64,000 nucleotides of DNA from Candidatus Methanophagales archaeon. GTDB lineage: Archaea; Halobacteriota; Syntropharchaeia; Alkanophagales; Methanospirareceae. The notes beneath the pieces were generated by a model. The model ran no database searches, was not told the DNA's origin, and was given only the letters and a program-made list of their open reading frames with translations. Of the stretch, positions 9,646 through 18,703 are shown piece by piece (the stretch's first letter is position 1; every line of letters starts with the position of its first letter). Position numbers and translations under genes: made by a program. The DNA lies in contig JAUVZJ010000004.1 in the NCBI GenBank assembly GCA_030602585.1, positions 279 through 64,278 of the forward strand, read 5' to 3'.

Positions 9646-10794
9646 ATGGGGCTAAAAGAAAAGATAAGTATAGAAAGGGCATTAGAACGGTTGGCTTCTT
9701 TCCAATACCTGCATTATAAGAAGATAATCGTAGCGGCACTGATTTTAACGGTGTTTTTAGGCTATGGTGCAACCGAACTGCAATTTCAAGGTGATATAGC
9801 GAAGGAGATGCCGCAGGATTTGCCTGTTTTCGTTTTACAAGATAAAATAGCGAGTAAGTTCAAGGGAGCAGAGACAATGATTATAGCCGTTTGTTTGAAC
9901 GAAGAAACGGGTGCGAAAAACATACCACGGGATATAAGAGACCCAAGGGTAATAGCATCAGTGGTTGAATTGCACGAACGGCTTGAAGCGGAATCAGCAA
10001 TTGAAAGTGTTCAGTCGGTGGCTCCCCTTTTTTCGCAAAGTGTCCCCGAAGATATAGAAGGTGTGAAGAGAGTTTTAGATTCTGTTCCTGGTGCAGAGCG
10101 TCTTTTCAACCGTGATTTTAGCATTATGCTGGTCTATACTTCCACTACGGCTGGATTGAGTGAAGAGAAGGTGGAAGAAGTAGCAAATATAATACAAAAG
10201 GACGTTGATTCAATTACAAAGCCCGCAGGTGTGGAATATAAAATAACGGGTATGGCGCCGATGATAATTGAGTTATTAAAGTTGATGCGTGAGGATATGG
10301 TATTCACTACACTTTTGGCGGCGGTTATCATATTCGTGTTTTTGGCAGTGCTGGAGCGCTCGTTCACAAAAGGTTTTCTCGTTTTCCTTCCGCTGATTTT
10401 CGCAATTACATGGACTTTCGGAACAATGGGATTTCTCGAAATACCGGTATCCATTAGCACGGTTATGGTGGGTGCGGTCATTATCGGCTTAGGTGTCGAA
10501 TATGGGATATTCATGGTATCGCGGTATTATGAAGAACGAGAGAGATATGCCCCGGTAGAATCGTTAAAAATTGCGGTCTCTAATATAGGAGCATCAACAT
10601 TTGGCTCCGCAGCAACGACAACTGCAGCATTCTTTGCTTTAACGCTTTCCGTAATGCCAATGATTCAGCACTTAGGGCAGACGCTTGCTTTAGGTATAAT
10701 CTTCTGCTGGCTCGCCGCCGCGGTAGTAAATCCCTGTTTTATCGTGTTTGAGGAGCAATTGCAGGGAAAGCGGAGATTAAAAAATGCGGGATAA
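9646..10794 (+). CDS. MMPL/RND-superfamily exporter, N-terminal half (COG1033-like)
   Basis: One N-terminal TM, a soluble loop, then a five-TM bundle (FVFLAVLERSFTKGFLVFLPL...); typical half of an MMPL transporter. Confidence 0.6.
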   Translation: MGLKEKISIERALERLASFQYLHYKKIIVAALILTVFLGYGATELQFQGDIAKEMPQDLPVFVLQDKIASKFKGAETMIIAVCLNEETGAKNIPRDIRDPRVIASVVELHERLEAESAIESVQSVAPLFSQSVPEDIEGVKRVLDSVPGAERLFNRDFSIMLVYTSTTAGLSEEKVEEVANIIQKDVDSITKPAGVEYKITGMAPMIIELLKLMREDMVFTTLLAAVIIFVFLAVLERSFTKGFLVFLPLIFAITWTFGTMGFLEIPVSISTVMVGAVIIGLGVEYGIFMVSRYYEERERYAPVESLKIAVSNIGASTFGSAATTTAAFFALTLSVMPMIQHLGQTLALGIIFCWLAAAVVNPCFIVFEEQLQGKRRLKNAG

Positions 10795-11950
10795 GCGGAG
10801 GGAATTGGGAAAAGTACCTTTGGAGAAGTATGCGAAGTTCGTATCGCATCACGCTCTCATTGTTTTGGCTATATTTCTTATTTTCACCATTTTCATGGGT
10901 TATCAAGCCTCTTCGATGGAAACAGTGGGGACATCGCAGAAGGCATGGCTTCCAGAGGATATAGAAGTGATAAAGACGTTTAATCTAATAGCAGACCAAT
11001 TTGCGGGTAGCTTTGCTACTTCAACGATTGCAGTGCAAACAGAGCCAAGATATGCAAAATCCGATGAGATACGCGATGTCCGCGACCCGGAGGTGTTAAG
11101 ATACGTTGATTTGCTTTCTGAACGAGCAAAGCTTATTTATGGTGTAGTGAGTGTAAAAAGTGCTGCGGATGTTGTAAAAGAAGCGAATGGCGGTAGAATA
11201 CCGGGTTCTTTGCGTAGCGTGAAGTCACTGTTGGAGCATAACGAACTGGCAGAGCAGGCGATACGCAATTACATCAGCGATGATTATACGATGACTGTGG
11301 TGAGGTTGAACATATTGGAGGATGCGGATGAAGAGGAGGTGGTTGAAGAACTGAGAGAGGTGATAAATATAAAGAAACCGAGTGGTGTATCGGTAGAAAT
11401 TAGCGGCGACCCGATGATACATGTAGCGATGCAAGAGCTCGCAGAGGAAACGATGCAGCGGACCTCTTTCGTCAGCTTCGCTTTAATCATTCTCATTCTC
11501 ATAATCGTATTTGCCTCGATTAAATATGGGCTTATTCCGCTGTTAACGATTGTTTTTGGTATTATATGGGCGATTGGCACGCTTGTTTTGGCTGACTTCG
11601 AAATAACGCCACAGACATCGGGTGTGATGGCGATGATAATGGGCATTGGGATAGATTTTGGCATTCAGGTAACGAAGAGGTTTAGATATGAACTGAGAAC
11701 GCAAAAACGTGAGGATGCAATGGTGAACACGCTCAGCAGCGTGTTCTATCCGATGAGCATAACGACGTTAGCGGCAGTGATTGGATTTAAATGCCTTTCA
11801 CTCGGTAAACTGCCAGTAATGGCAGATATGGGAACGATGATGGCGACAGGTGTGGTGTTTTGTATGGTTGCAGCACTGACAGTGGTGCCGGCGATTCTGG
11901 TGTTGTTCGAGAGGGGGAAAACGTTATATGAAATAAAAAGTAATTCTTAG
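10784..11950 (+). CDS. MMPL/RND-superfamily exporter, C-terminal half
   Basis: Same half-architecture as the upstream gene; 11-nt overlap in a different frame; has its own ATG. Confidence 0.6.
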   Translation: MRDKRRELGKVPLEKYAKFVSHHALIVLAIFLIFTIFMGYQASSMETVGTSQKAWLPEDIEVIKTFNLIADQFAGSFATSTIAVQTEPRYAKSDEIRDVRDPEVLRYVDLLSERAKLIYGVVSVKSAADVVKEANGGRIPGSLRSVKSLLEHNELAEQAIRNYISDDYTMTVVRLNILEDADEEEVVEELREVINIKKPSGVSVEISGDPMIHVAMQELAEETMQRTSFVSFALIILILIIVFASIKYGLIPLLTIVFGIIWAIGTLVLADFEITPQTSGVMAMIMGIGIDFGIQVTKRFRYELRTQKREDAMVNTLSSVFYPMSITTLAAVIGFKCLSLGKLPVMADMGTMMATGVVFCMVAALTVVPAILVLFERGKTLYEIKSNS

Positions 11951-11951
11951 G

Positions 11952-13673
11952 TTAGATTCCAATCAATATCAATCTCATGATTATTCCAACCGTCAAAGAA
12001 ACGGTAATCATCAATCCAGCCGCTTTTAGCATATCGCGGATGCCCAACTCGCGGAGCAAAACAATGAAAGAAGCAATGCAAGGGAAATAAGTGGTTAATA
12101 TTATGCAAGCAATCGTCAATTGTTGCGGACTCATACCCAATGGCAGTAACATGCCAATCGCTATATCCTTCCTGAGGAAGCCCATGATCAATGCGACAAT
12201 CGCTCCTTCTGGCAAACCAAGCAAAGTCGTGAGAACAGGCGAGAATACAGTTGAAAGAACGCTGATTACTCCTGATACATACAGCAGGTTCACGATAAAA
12301 ACGCCTAATATGACGAATGGAACCGCTTCAGCGAGAAATCCATACGCCTTTGTCCACGTCTTTTTTAGTAAAGTTGACGGGTCGGGTTTACGATATGGCG
12401 GGACTTCCAATAATAATTCCGGACTCTCTCCTCTGACGATTTTTTTCAAGAATAAGCCTATAATAATATAGAGCACGAATAATGTGGAATAGACGATGAA
12501 TATCCATTTCACGCCATATCTACCCAAAATTCCAAATATCATTGCAGACTGCGCCATACAGGGAACTGTTATCGCCATGAGCGTTGCAGCCATGAACCGC
12601 TGCTTTTCCGTCTCCAGTACACGAGTTGCTAACGTACCTGGAACGTTGCAACCAAAGCCCAATATCGTTGGCACAATCGCCGAGCCGTGCAATCCCAATT
12701 TGTGCAAGCCTGTATCCACGAGAACGGCGAGTCTTGGTAAATATCCTACGTCTTCGAGCAGACTGAGCATGAAATAAAATGTGATTACAAATGGCAGAAC
12801 CATGCTGAATGGGACGTATAATCCAGTCGTTAGGAGACCTAAAGATTGCGTGAACTCCAATGATTCAATAGTGGATTTTCCTATTAATATATCGTGCAGC
12901 AGCCCATCAGGCGAGAATGAATTTACAACGCCTACTATCCACGGTCCGTAGTAATTATAGAAAATTGGGTCCATTAGATATTCAATTATCAAATTCCCTA
13001 TCCCGATTATGAACAGAAACGTTAGGAGTATCACGAGTATCGCAATGGGAATGCCGGTTACTGGCTTCACGGTGGTATCTGCTATACGTTCCCAGATTGT
13101 GTGATGCCGGTGATGCACTACTTGAACTTCACTAACGATTTCACCTACTTTCAGCCACCTTTCTTCTTCAGACATCGGCTCGATGGCTTTGGATTGCCTG
13201 GCATCACGCAGTTTAGATGTGAGTTCCTTTATTCCCTCTCCTGTTATCGCACAGGTTGGAACAATCGGCACGTCGAGCAACTTTTCCAATTTATCCACGT
13301 CTATATCAATGCCAACGTGCTTTGTCTCGTCCCACAGGTTTAAAGCGACGATAGTGGGCTTCTTCCTACCTAAAATTTCCAGCGTCAAGTAAAGATTCCG
13401 TTCCAGATGCGTTGCATCTATGACGTCTATTACTATATCCCCTTCTTGAAGCATGGTTTGAGCCACTTCCTCGGCTTTTGAAGTAGGTTCTAAGGAATAC
13501 GTGCCTGGTACGTCAATTAACTCGAACTTCTTTCCTCCAATAGCGGTAGTACCCTTTGTAAAGTCAACAGTCGTCCCGGGATAATTAGATGAAATCACGC
13601 TCACACCCGTCAAACGCGAAAAAACGACGCTCTTACCGACGTTTGGACAACCCATAAGTGATATTTTCTTCAT
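11952..13673 (-). CDS. feoB: ferrous iron transport protein B
   Basis: N-terminal G-domain MKKISLMGCPNVGKS plus large polytopic membrane domain; start chosen at MKKISL, giving an ATGA overlap with feoA. Confidence 0.85.
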   Translation of the reverse strand: MKKISLMGCPNVGKSVVFSRLTGVSVISSNYPGTTVDFTKGTTAIGGKKFELIDVPGTYSLEPTSKAEEVAQTMLQEGDIVIDVIDATHLERNLYLTLEILGRKKPTIVALNLWDETKHVGIDIDVDKLEKLLDVPIVPTCAITGEGIKELTSKLRDARQSKAIEPMSEEERWLKVGEIVSEVQVVHHRHHTIWERIADTTVKPVTGIPIAILVILLTFLFIIGIGNLIIEYLMDPIFYNYYGPWIVGVVNSFSPDGLLHDILIGKSTIESLEFTQSLGLLTTGLYVPFSMVLPFVITFYFMLSLLEDVGYLPRLAVLVDTGLHKLGLHGSAIVPTILGFGCNVPGTLATRVLETEKQRFMAATLMAITVPCMAQSAMIFGILGRYGVKWIFIVYSTLFVLYIIIGLFLKKIVRGESPELLLEVPPYRKPDPSTLLKKTWTKAYGFLAEAVPFVILGVFIVNLLYVSGVISVLSTVFSPVLTTLLGLPEGAIVALIMGFLRKDIAIGMLLPLGMSPQQLTIACIILTTYFPCIASFIVLLRELGIRDMLKAAGLMITVSLTVGIIMRLILIGI

Positions 13674-13939
13674 ATTTTCTGGATTAAAATATGCCTTGCT
13701 ATACCCCACCCAATTGCTATCTGCGTTCCTTCAACGTTTATGACGACAGGACCCCTCGCAGGTTGTGTCGCGATTATTTCGACAGTTTTCCCTTCCATGA
13801 GTCCCATCGTTCTGAAGTGGCGTTGCCCCCTGATACCGTGTCCCAAAGCAACGATTTTCGCCTTTTCACCAGGGAACAGTGTGGTGAGAGGAACCACTTT
13901 TCCATCCGGGTTCACATCACGCAACTGATTCCCCATCAT
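13670..13939 (-). CDS. feoA: FeoA family iron transport protein
   Basis: Small SH3-like FeoA domain (LTTLFPGEKAKIVAL...GLMEGKTVEII); sits immediately upstream of feoB. Confidence 0.7.
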   Translation of the reverse strand: MMGNQLRDVNPDGKVVPLTTLFPGEKAKIVALGHGIRGQRHFRTMGLMEGKTVEIIATQPARGPVVINVEGTQIAIGWGIARHILIQKI

Positions 13940-13983
13940 TTTTCATCTTTTACCCTCTATCATCCTCTATCTCTACTTTAAAG

Positions 13984-14052
13984 TTAGGGATACAAAAAAC
14001 CTACCCTAAAAAGATTCGGTTTTGTTAAAAAAACCTAAAAAGATTCGGTTTT
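13984..14052. promoter_or_regulatory. feoA promoter region with TTAGGG-N14-CCCTAA palindrome and two 19-nt direct repeats (CCTAAAAAGATTCGGTTTT)
   Basis: Inverted repeat at 13984-14009; direct repeats at 14005-14023 and 14034-14052 between the dtxR stop and feoA start; resembles iron-box half sites. Confidence 0.4.
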
Positions 14053-14073
14053 CGCTTAAGAACCGATGCACTT

Positions 14074-14526
14074 TTACTTCTCGCTGCTCTCTTCGCGGGG
14101 ATGCTCTCTCGCCTTACAGAACGTTTCGAAGTGCTCCAGCCATTGTGGATAATCCGGTGCGGACTTCACGAAATGCACAAAATTTTTTAACTGCTCTATT
14201 GTTTCAGGCTCCAATTCGTGCTCGATTATGCATGCATCTTTATTCGCTATTTCCTCTGGCACTTTTATTATTTCCAGGAACGTGCTTATAGTATCATGCC
14301 GCTCTTTTACAACTCGCGCTATATCCCGCCCTTTCGGTGTTAATGTCATGCCATCGTATTTTCGATATTCAATGAGAGTCATGTCGCTCAGCCGCCTTAC
14401 CATCTCCACCACGCTTGAGGGCTTAACGCTTAAAGCAGATGCTATATCCTTCACCCTCGTATATCCCTTCTTTTCCGCAATGTTCAGAATCGCTTCGAGA
14501 TAGTCTTCCGCTTTTCTACTTAGCAT
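14074..14526 (-). CDS. DtxR/MntR family metal-dependent transcriptional repressor
   Basis: N-terminal HTH (YLEAILNIAEKKGYTRVKDIASALSVKPSSVVEMVRRL) and metal-binding/dimerisation region; adjacent to feoAB. Confidence 0.8.
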   Translation of the reverse strand: MLSRKAEDYLEAILNIAEKKGYTRVKDIASALSVKPSSVVEMVRRLSDMTLIEYRKYDGMTLTPKGRDIARVVKERHDTISTFLEIIKVPEEIANKDACIIEHELEPETIEQLKNFVHFVKSAPDYPQWLEHFETFCKAREHPREESSEK

Positions 14527-14538
14527 ACCACAACATTA

Positions 14539-14557
14539 TTAGGGTAGCCTATATTTA
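14539..14557. promoter_or_regulatory. candidate DtxR-type operator (TTAGGGTAGCCTATATTTA) overlapping the dtxR TATA region
   Basis: 14 of 19 matches to the iron-box consensus TTAGGTTAGCCTAACCTAA; 13 nt upstream of the dtxR ATG. Confidence 0.4.
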
Positions 14558-14732
14558 AAGTTTTTGTTTTTTTTTACTTCAAACTTCAATATCCGTACTT
14601 ATTTACCGCGGAGCCCACAGAGAACACAGAGACTCAAAAAATCATTTATCTCATCTCAGCGCTCTCCGTGATCTCGGCGGTACAAATACCAATATCCTTA
14701 TATACAAGAATTAAAAATGTTGAGCCACGTAG

Positions 14733-15809
14733 ATGATGGAAAAAACAATATTTTTCGACCTCGAAGGACCTTTATCACCGCAAGATAATGCCTACGAGGT
14801 GACGAAGCTAATAGGAAAAGAAGGCACTTTTATTTTTGAAGTTATAAGCAGATATGACGATATTATATCGTTTGATGGACGTGAAGGCTACGAGCCCGGG
14901 GATACCCTCGCCTTAATCGTGCCTTTTTTTTTGCTACATGGCATAACCAAAGAGGATATAAAGAAGGTATCAGAGCGTGCAAAGATAGTAGAAGGTGCAG
15001 AATACTTATTCGAGCGGTTACAGGCTGAAAATTGGGACATTTACATCATATCTACAAGTTACGAGCAGCATGCTTACAATGTAGGTCGCAAACTGGGAAT
15101 CCCGGAGAACAAAATTATATGCACGGAGTTAGATTTAGAAAGAAGCGATTTACAAGAAGACATCTTTCCTTTAATAAAAAAGGCTCAAGAAGACATAATC
15201 AAGCTTTATTCGCACATTGACAACACGGAACTCATAGTGAATCGCTTGGACGAGTTCTTCTTCCATCAACTGCCCTCTTTGGGCTATGATATTTTTACGA
15301 CGAGGGTAATAGGCGGCGAAAGAAAAGCAGAAGCAGTACGGGCGATAGCAAAAGAAAAGAGAATAGATTTACGCGAGGTCATCGCTGTTGGCGACAGCAT
15401 TACTGATTATAAGATGCTGAAAGAGGTTGTAACACATGGTGGAATCGCGGTTGTTTTCAATGGTAACGAATATGCGGTTCCTTATGCCAATGTAGGACTT
15501 GCATCCGTTGATATAAGGTTTCTTCACATATTATGCGAGGCTCTTGTGCGAGGCGGGAAAGGAGCAGTGATGGACGTGGTGACGGAATGGGAAGAGAACA
15601 GGGTGGGGTTTGAAAAGAATCCTGCGGATATTTCAGATAACTGTATTACCGGCGATATAAAGGATTTTATGATGGAACAGAAACGAAAAGAGCCTTTTCC
15701 TTATTTTCATAATCTTGAGCACGCAGGCGAAAGAAGAAAAGAAGAGATAATTGAAATACATAAGCGGTTTAGGATGCAGGTGAGAGAAGAAGCGGGTAAA
15801 CTGGGGTAA
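14733..15809 (+). CDS. HAD-superfamily (PSPase-like) hydrolase-like protein
   Basis: Motif I-like FFDLEGPLS and motif IV-like AVGDSITDYKML; 358 aa; the nucleophile motif is atypical (DxE). Confidence 0.4.
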   Translation: MMEKTIFFDLEGPLSPQDNAYEVTKLIGKEGTFIFEVISRYDDIISFDGREGYEPGDTLALIVPFFLLHGITKEDIKKVSERAKIVEGAEYLFERLQAENWDIYIISTSYEQHAYNVGRKLGIPENKIICTELDLERSDLQEDIFPLIKKAQEDIIKLYSHIDNTELIVNRLDEFFFHQLPSLGYDIFTTRVIGGERKAEAVRAIAKEKRIDLREVIAVGDSITDYKMLKEVVTHGGIAVVFNGNEYAVPYANVGLASVDIRFLHILCEALVRGGKGAVMDVVTEWEENRVGFEKNPADISDNCITGDIKDFMMEQKRKEPFPYFHNLEHAGERRKEEIIEIHKRFRMQVREEAGKLG

Positions 15810-15832
15810 GGTAAAATCGCATGATGTTACAC
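15761..15832. repeat. 72-nt direct repeat copy A (3' end of the HAD-like gene)
   Basis: About 92% identical to 16392..16463. Confidence 0.8.
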
Positions 15833-16391
15833 TCTCACGGCTTATTTCATATTCGCTTAATCGCTTTTTCAGGTGAGGGGATGGGTAAAATACGGTAAAG
15901 ATAATTGTTACACATATACTCTGTTAAATCCTTCACGGCTTTAATCTAATAACATGATTTTCTATCCCCATCCTCCTTTACCTTTATACTTTGAAAGACA
16001 GTAAAACAGTAACATTTTTAAAAACATCGAAAAGTTTAAATAGTGATTATAATATTATAATAATTAACAAAAACGACGGGTGGTAGGGCAAATGCCTTTC
16101 AGCGGGTAAGTCCCGCCTACCACTCGGCAACTAAATGAGCTTATTTTTCTTTATTCTCTCAATCTCTTCTGATAAAGTGATATAGTTGTCCGGTATTCTT
16201 CTCATAAAAATTCTTTTAACTTCATATAATCAATTCTAAATCCAAGGTTTTCTGCGGATTTATTTAAATTTGCACCGTCAATGAACATCATGGCTTTTTC
16301 TTCCATATTTTTTACGTAAGACGAGGGATATTTATAAAACTATCGAGATTAAAATTTCAGCGTATCTTGGATACAGGCTATAAAATAAATT

Positions 16392-16463
16392 TAAGCGGTT
16401 TAGGATGCAGGTGAGGGAAGATGCGGGTACGCTGGGGTAAGATAAAATCGCATGATGTTACAC
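16392..16463. repeat. 72-nt direct repeat copy B (orphan duplicate of the gene 3' end)
   Basis: Encodes the same last ~16 codons plus a stop, with 6 substitutions; follows a 560-bp AT-rich non-coding spacer. Confidence 0.8.
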
Positions 16464-16549
16464 CCTGGCTTGCTCAAAAATTAAGTCTCTAAAAGGATAG
16501 CTTTATATAAATTTTTTTATTTTTTATTTAATGTTCACTTCATGTAAAC

Positions 16550-17566
16550 ATGTTAAAGAAAGCAATAATGAATAGAAAGAGCGTGCCTATATTTGGAATC
16601 GCTTTAGTGCTTCTCTTCAGTTGGATAGTATTAGCAACCTCAACCGCCATATCCGCTTCTTCAGATTCCGATGTAGAAATATACGCCTTTGACCAGAACC
16701 CGACGGGAAGCGATGAAGGAAATGAATGGCTCAGGCTTTACAATCCTTCCAGTGAATTCCTGGATATTGGAAAATGGATTTTAGAAAACGGAGATGGAGA
16801 AAAAGAAACAATAGCTGAAGGCACTACCCTTTATCCCTTCGGTTGGTATGACCATCCCTCCCCGCCTTATCAATGGTTAGACAATGAAGATGAATTTATA
16901 ATCTTAAAGGATTCAAAAGGTAAAGAAGTGTATAGGACGCCGGTATTAAGTGATACAAGAGACGATAACAGTTATTGGGTGCTTGAGGATTCAAAATGGG
17001 TTTTTGAGGTGGAAGAAGAATTTGGAAAGCCTACACCAATGCACCTCTACACACCAAAGCCACTAAACACATCAAAGTTTGGTGAATCCGGCATCGTGAC
17101 AGAGGTGGTGGATGGCAATACCATAGAGGTGGAAGGGGTAGGAAGGATAAGATTAGCAGATGTAAACGCACCTGGGATAGATACCGAAAGAGGTAAAGAA
17201 GCGAAAGAATATGTGAATGAGCTTTGTTTCGGAAAGAAGGTTTATCTTGACATTGATGACTTTTACATCCTTGTTGCAGTGGTTTATATTCCTTATAACG
17301 AAACTCATCTGGTAAATCTTAACCAGTTGCTTTTGAAAGAAGAATATGCAGAAGCGATAAATTATCCAAACGAGTTTAATCCTGATATTTGGCTAAGAAC
17401 CCCCTTGGAATATATCGCTTTAATGCCTACGCCTTTACCTTCACCTTTACCTACCTTAACGCCTACACCTACACCAATTCCAACACCTGGCTTTGAGTTT
17501 GAGTCTTTGTTCGCTATAATTGGTATATTGGCTGCAATATCAATATATTTGATTAGGCGAAAGTGA
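16550..17566 (+). CDS. secreted lamin-tail-domain / staphylococcal-nuclease-like (SNase) protein with PGF-CTERM anchor
   Basis: Signal peptide; LTD-like segment (EIYAFDQNPTGSDEGNEWLRLYNPS); thermonuclease-like segment (GIVTEVVDGNTIEVEGVGRIRLADVNAPG...); Pro/Thr linker; terminal PGFEFESLFAIIGILAAISIYLIRRK. Confidence 0.65.
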   Translation: MLKKAIMNRKSVPIFGIALVLLFSWIVLATSTAISASSDSDVEIYAFDQNPTGSDEGNEWLRLYNPSSEFLDIGKWILENGDGEKETIAEGTTLYPFGWYDHPSPPYQWLDNEDEFIILKDSKGKEVYRTPVLSDTRDDNSYWVLEDSKWVFEVEEEFGKPTPMHLYTPKPLNTSKFGESGIVTEVVDGNTIEVEGVGRIRLADVNAPGIDTERGKEAKEYVNELCFGKKVYLDIDDFYILVAVVYIPYNETHLVNLNQLLLKEEYAEAINYPNEFNPDIWLRTPLEYIALMPTPLPSPLPTLTPTPTPIPTPGFEFESLFAIIGILAAISIYLIRRK

Positions 17567-17594
17567 TAGAAATATCAGAAAGCGGAAAGACCTC

Positions 17595-18677
17595 CTATCT
17601 CCTCGAAATCTCCGTTACTTCGCTAATCCCCAACAGGTTCATAATCTCAGAAAGAAGATTATGTTTGAAAGTCGAGTATGCAGCCTCATTCGGCACTGCT
17701 ATCGCCAGCTTCCGGTCTGATAACCCTGGATACGCATCCCCAAACACAATATCTATTTTCCCTATCCATTTCGGTATCTCCTCAAGTATAAAGATTGCTG
17801 AAAAATCAGTTCTCCATTCTCTTACTTCATACCGCGACAAGCTATCAGTAATCACTATGTAAAGTGAATCTCTTTCTAAAATCACATTGCCCGTAACAAA
17901 CATGAAGGCATCATCTATTTCGAACCCGCTGAAATATCCTACCGTATCCGCTACTTTTTCACTTTCTGGTATGCTGAGAGTATCAGCAAGTCCTTCTTCT
18001 CGCCCTTCAAACTTCATTTTCCTCTTCGCATTCTCTACAAGTTCTACTATCGCCTTTTCAAGCGTTTCCATCACCGGCATCTCCATGAGTTTATTCGTTT
18101 TCCACGCTCTCAACCTTTCCTTCGCATCATTTATTTCAGCCTCACTCTGGTATAACCTCAAGAATTCATTTCCACGTCTGTTACCATACACGCACAACTT
18201 CTCATTGATAAATTTCTCTTCCAATGACTGAAAGACCTCCGGTGAAAATATTTCTGACATCTCATTTTTTATAATCTCATATTGCGAGAACCTGCCAAGT
18301 CCACGGTTACCTATTTTCAAGAGTAATTCAATCATTTTTAGCGCCGCTTTATCCCCTTCTTTCGCTGCGGTCTCAATGCATTCCGACAAATTCCCTGGCT
18401 GAGGTGAACATCCACCTGCAATATCATTGAAAACCTCTTCATAACCCGAAAGGCAAAGATATTCGTTATAAGCACCTATTTTTATAACCCCTCTCTTTCT
18501 AAGCTGATTTAACAAACCCTTGCAGTCCTTTTCGCCTGTTATCGCATTGAAGTTTTTCACAAGCGTTTCCTCTGTTGTATAACCTTTCAATAGATGAAAC
18601 AGCCCCAGTAGTGTCTTCATATCCTCATCTGTCTCTGCCAAACTTAAAATTGTGTTTCTATATTCTTCAGGAAACAT
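17595..18677 (-). CDS. hypothetical protein
   Basis: 360-aa ORF with normal codon usage and no recognisable motifs. Confidence 0.4.
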   Translation of the reverse strand: MFPEEYRNTILSLAETDEDMKTLLGLFHLLKGYTTEETLVKNFNAITGEKDCKGLLNQLRKRGVIKIGAYNEYLCLSGYEEVFNDIAGGCSPQPGNLSECIETAAKEGDKAALKMIELLLKIGNRGLGRFSQYEIIKNEMSEIFSPEVFQSLEEKFINEKLCVYGNRRGNEFLRLYQSEAEINDAKERLRAWKTNKLMEMPVMETLEKAIVELVENAKRKMKFEGREEGLADTLSIPESEKVADTVGYFSGFEIDDAFMFVTGNVILERDSLYIVITDSLSRYEVREWRTDFSAIFILEEIPKWIGKIDIVFGDAYPGLSDRKLAIAVPNEAAYSTFKHNLLSEIMNLLGISEVTEISRR

Positions 18678-18703
18678 TTTTTCGCAATCTCCTCATGCTT
18701 TTT

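Noticed and set aside
12091-13392. Multiple plus-strand ORFs inside feoB
   Set aside because: They are antisense to a gene with unambiguous G-domain and membrane-domain motifs. The translations are compositionally biased.
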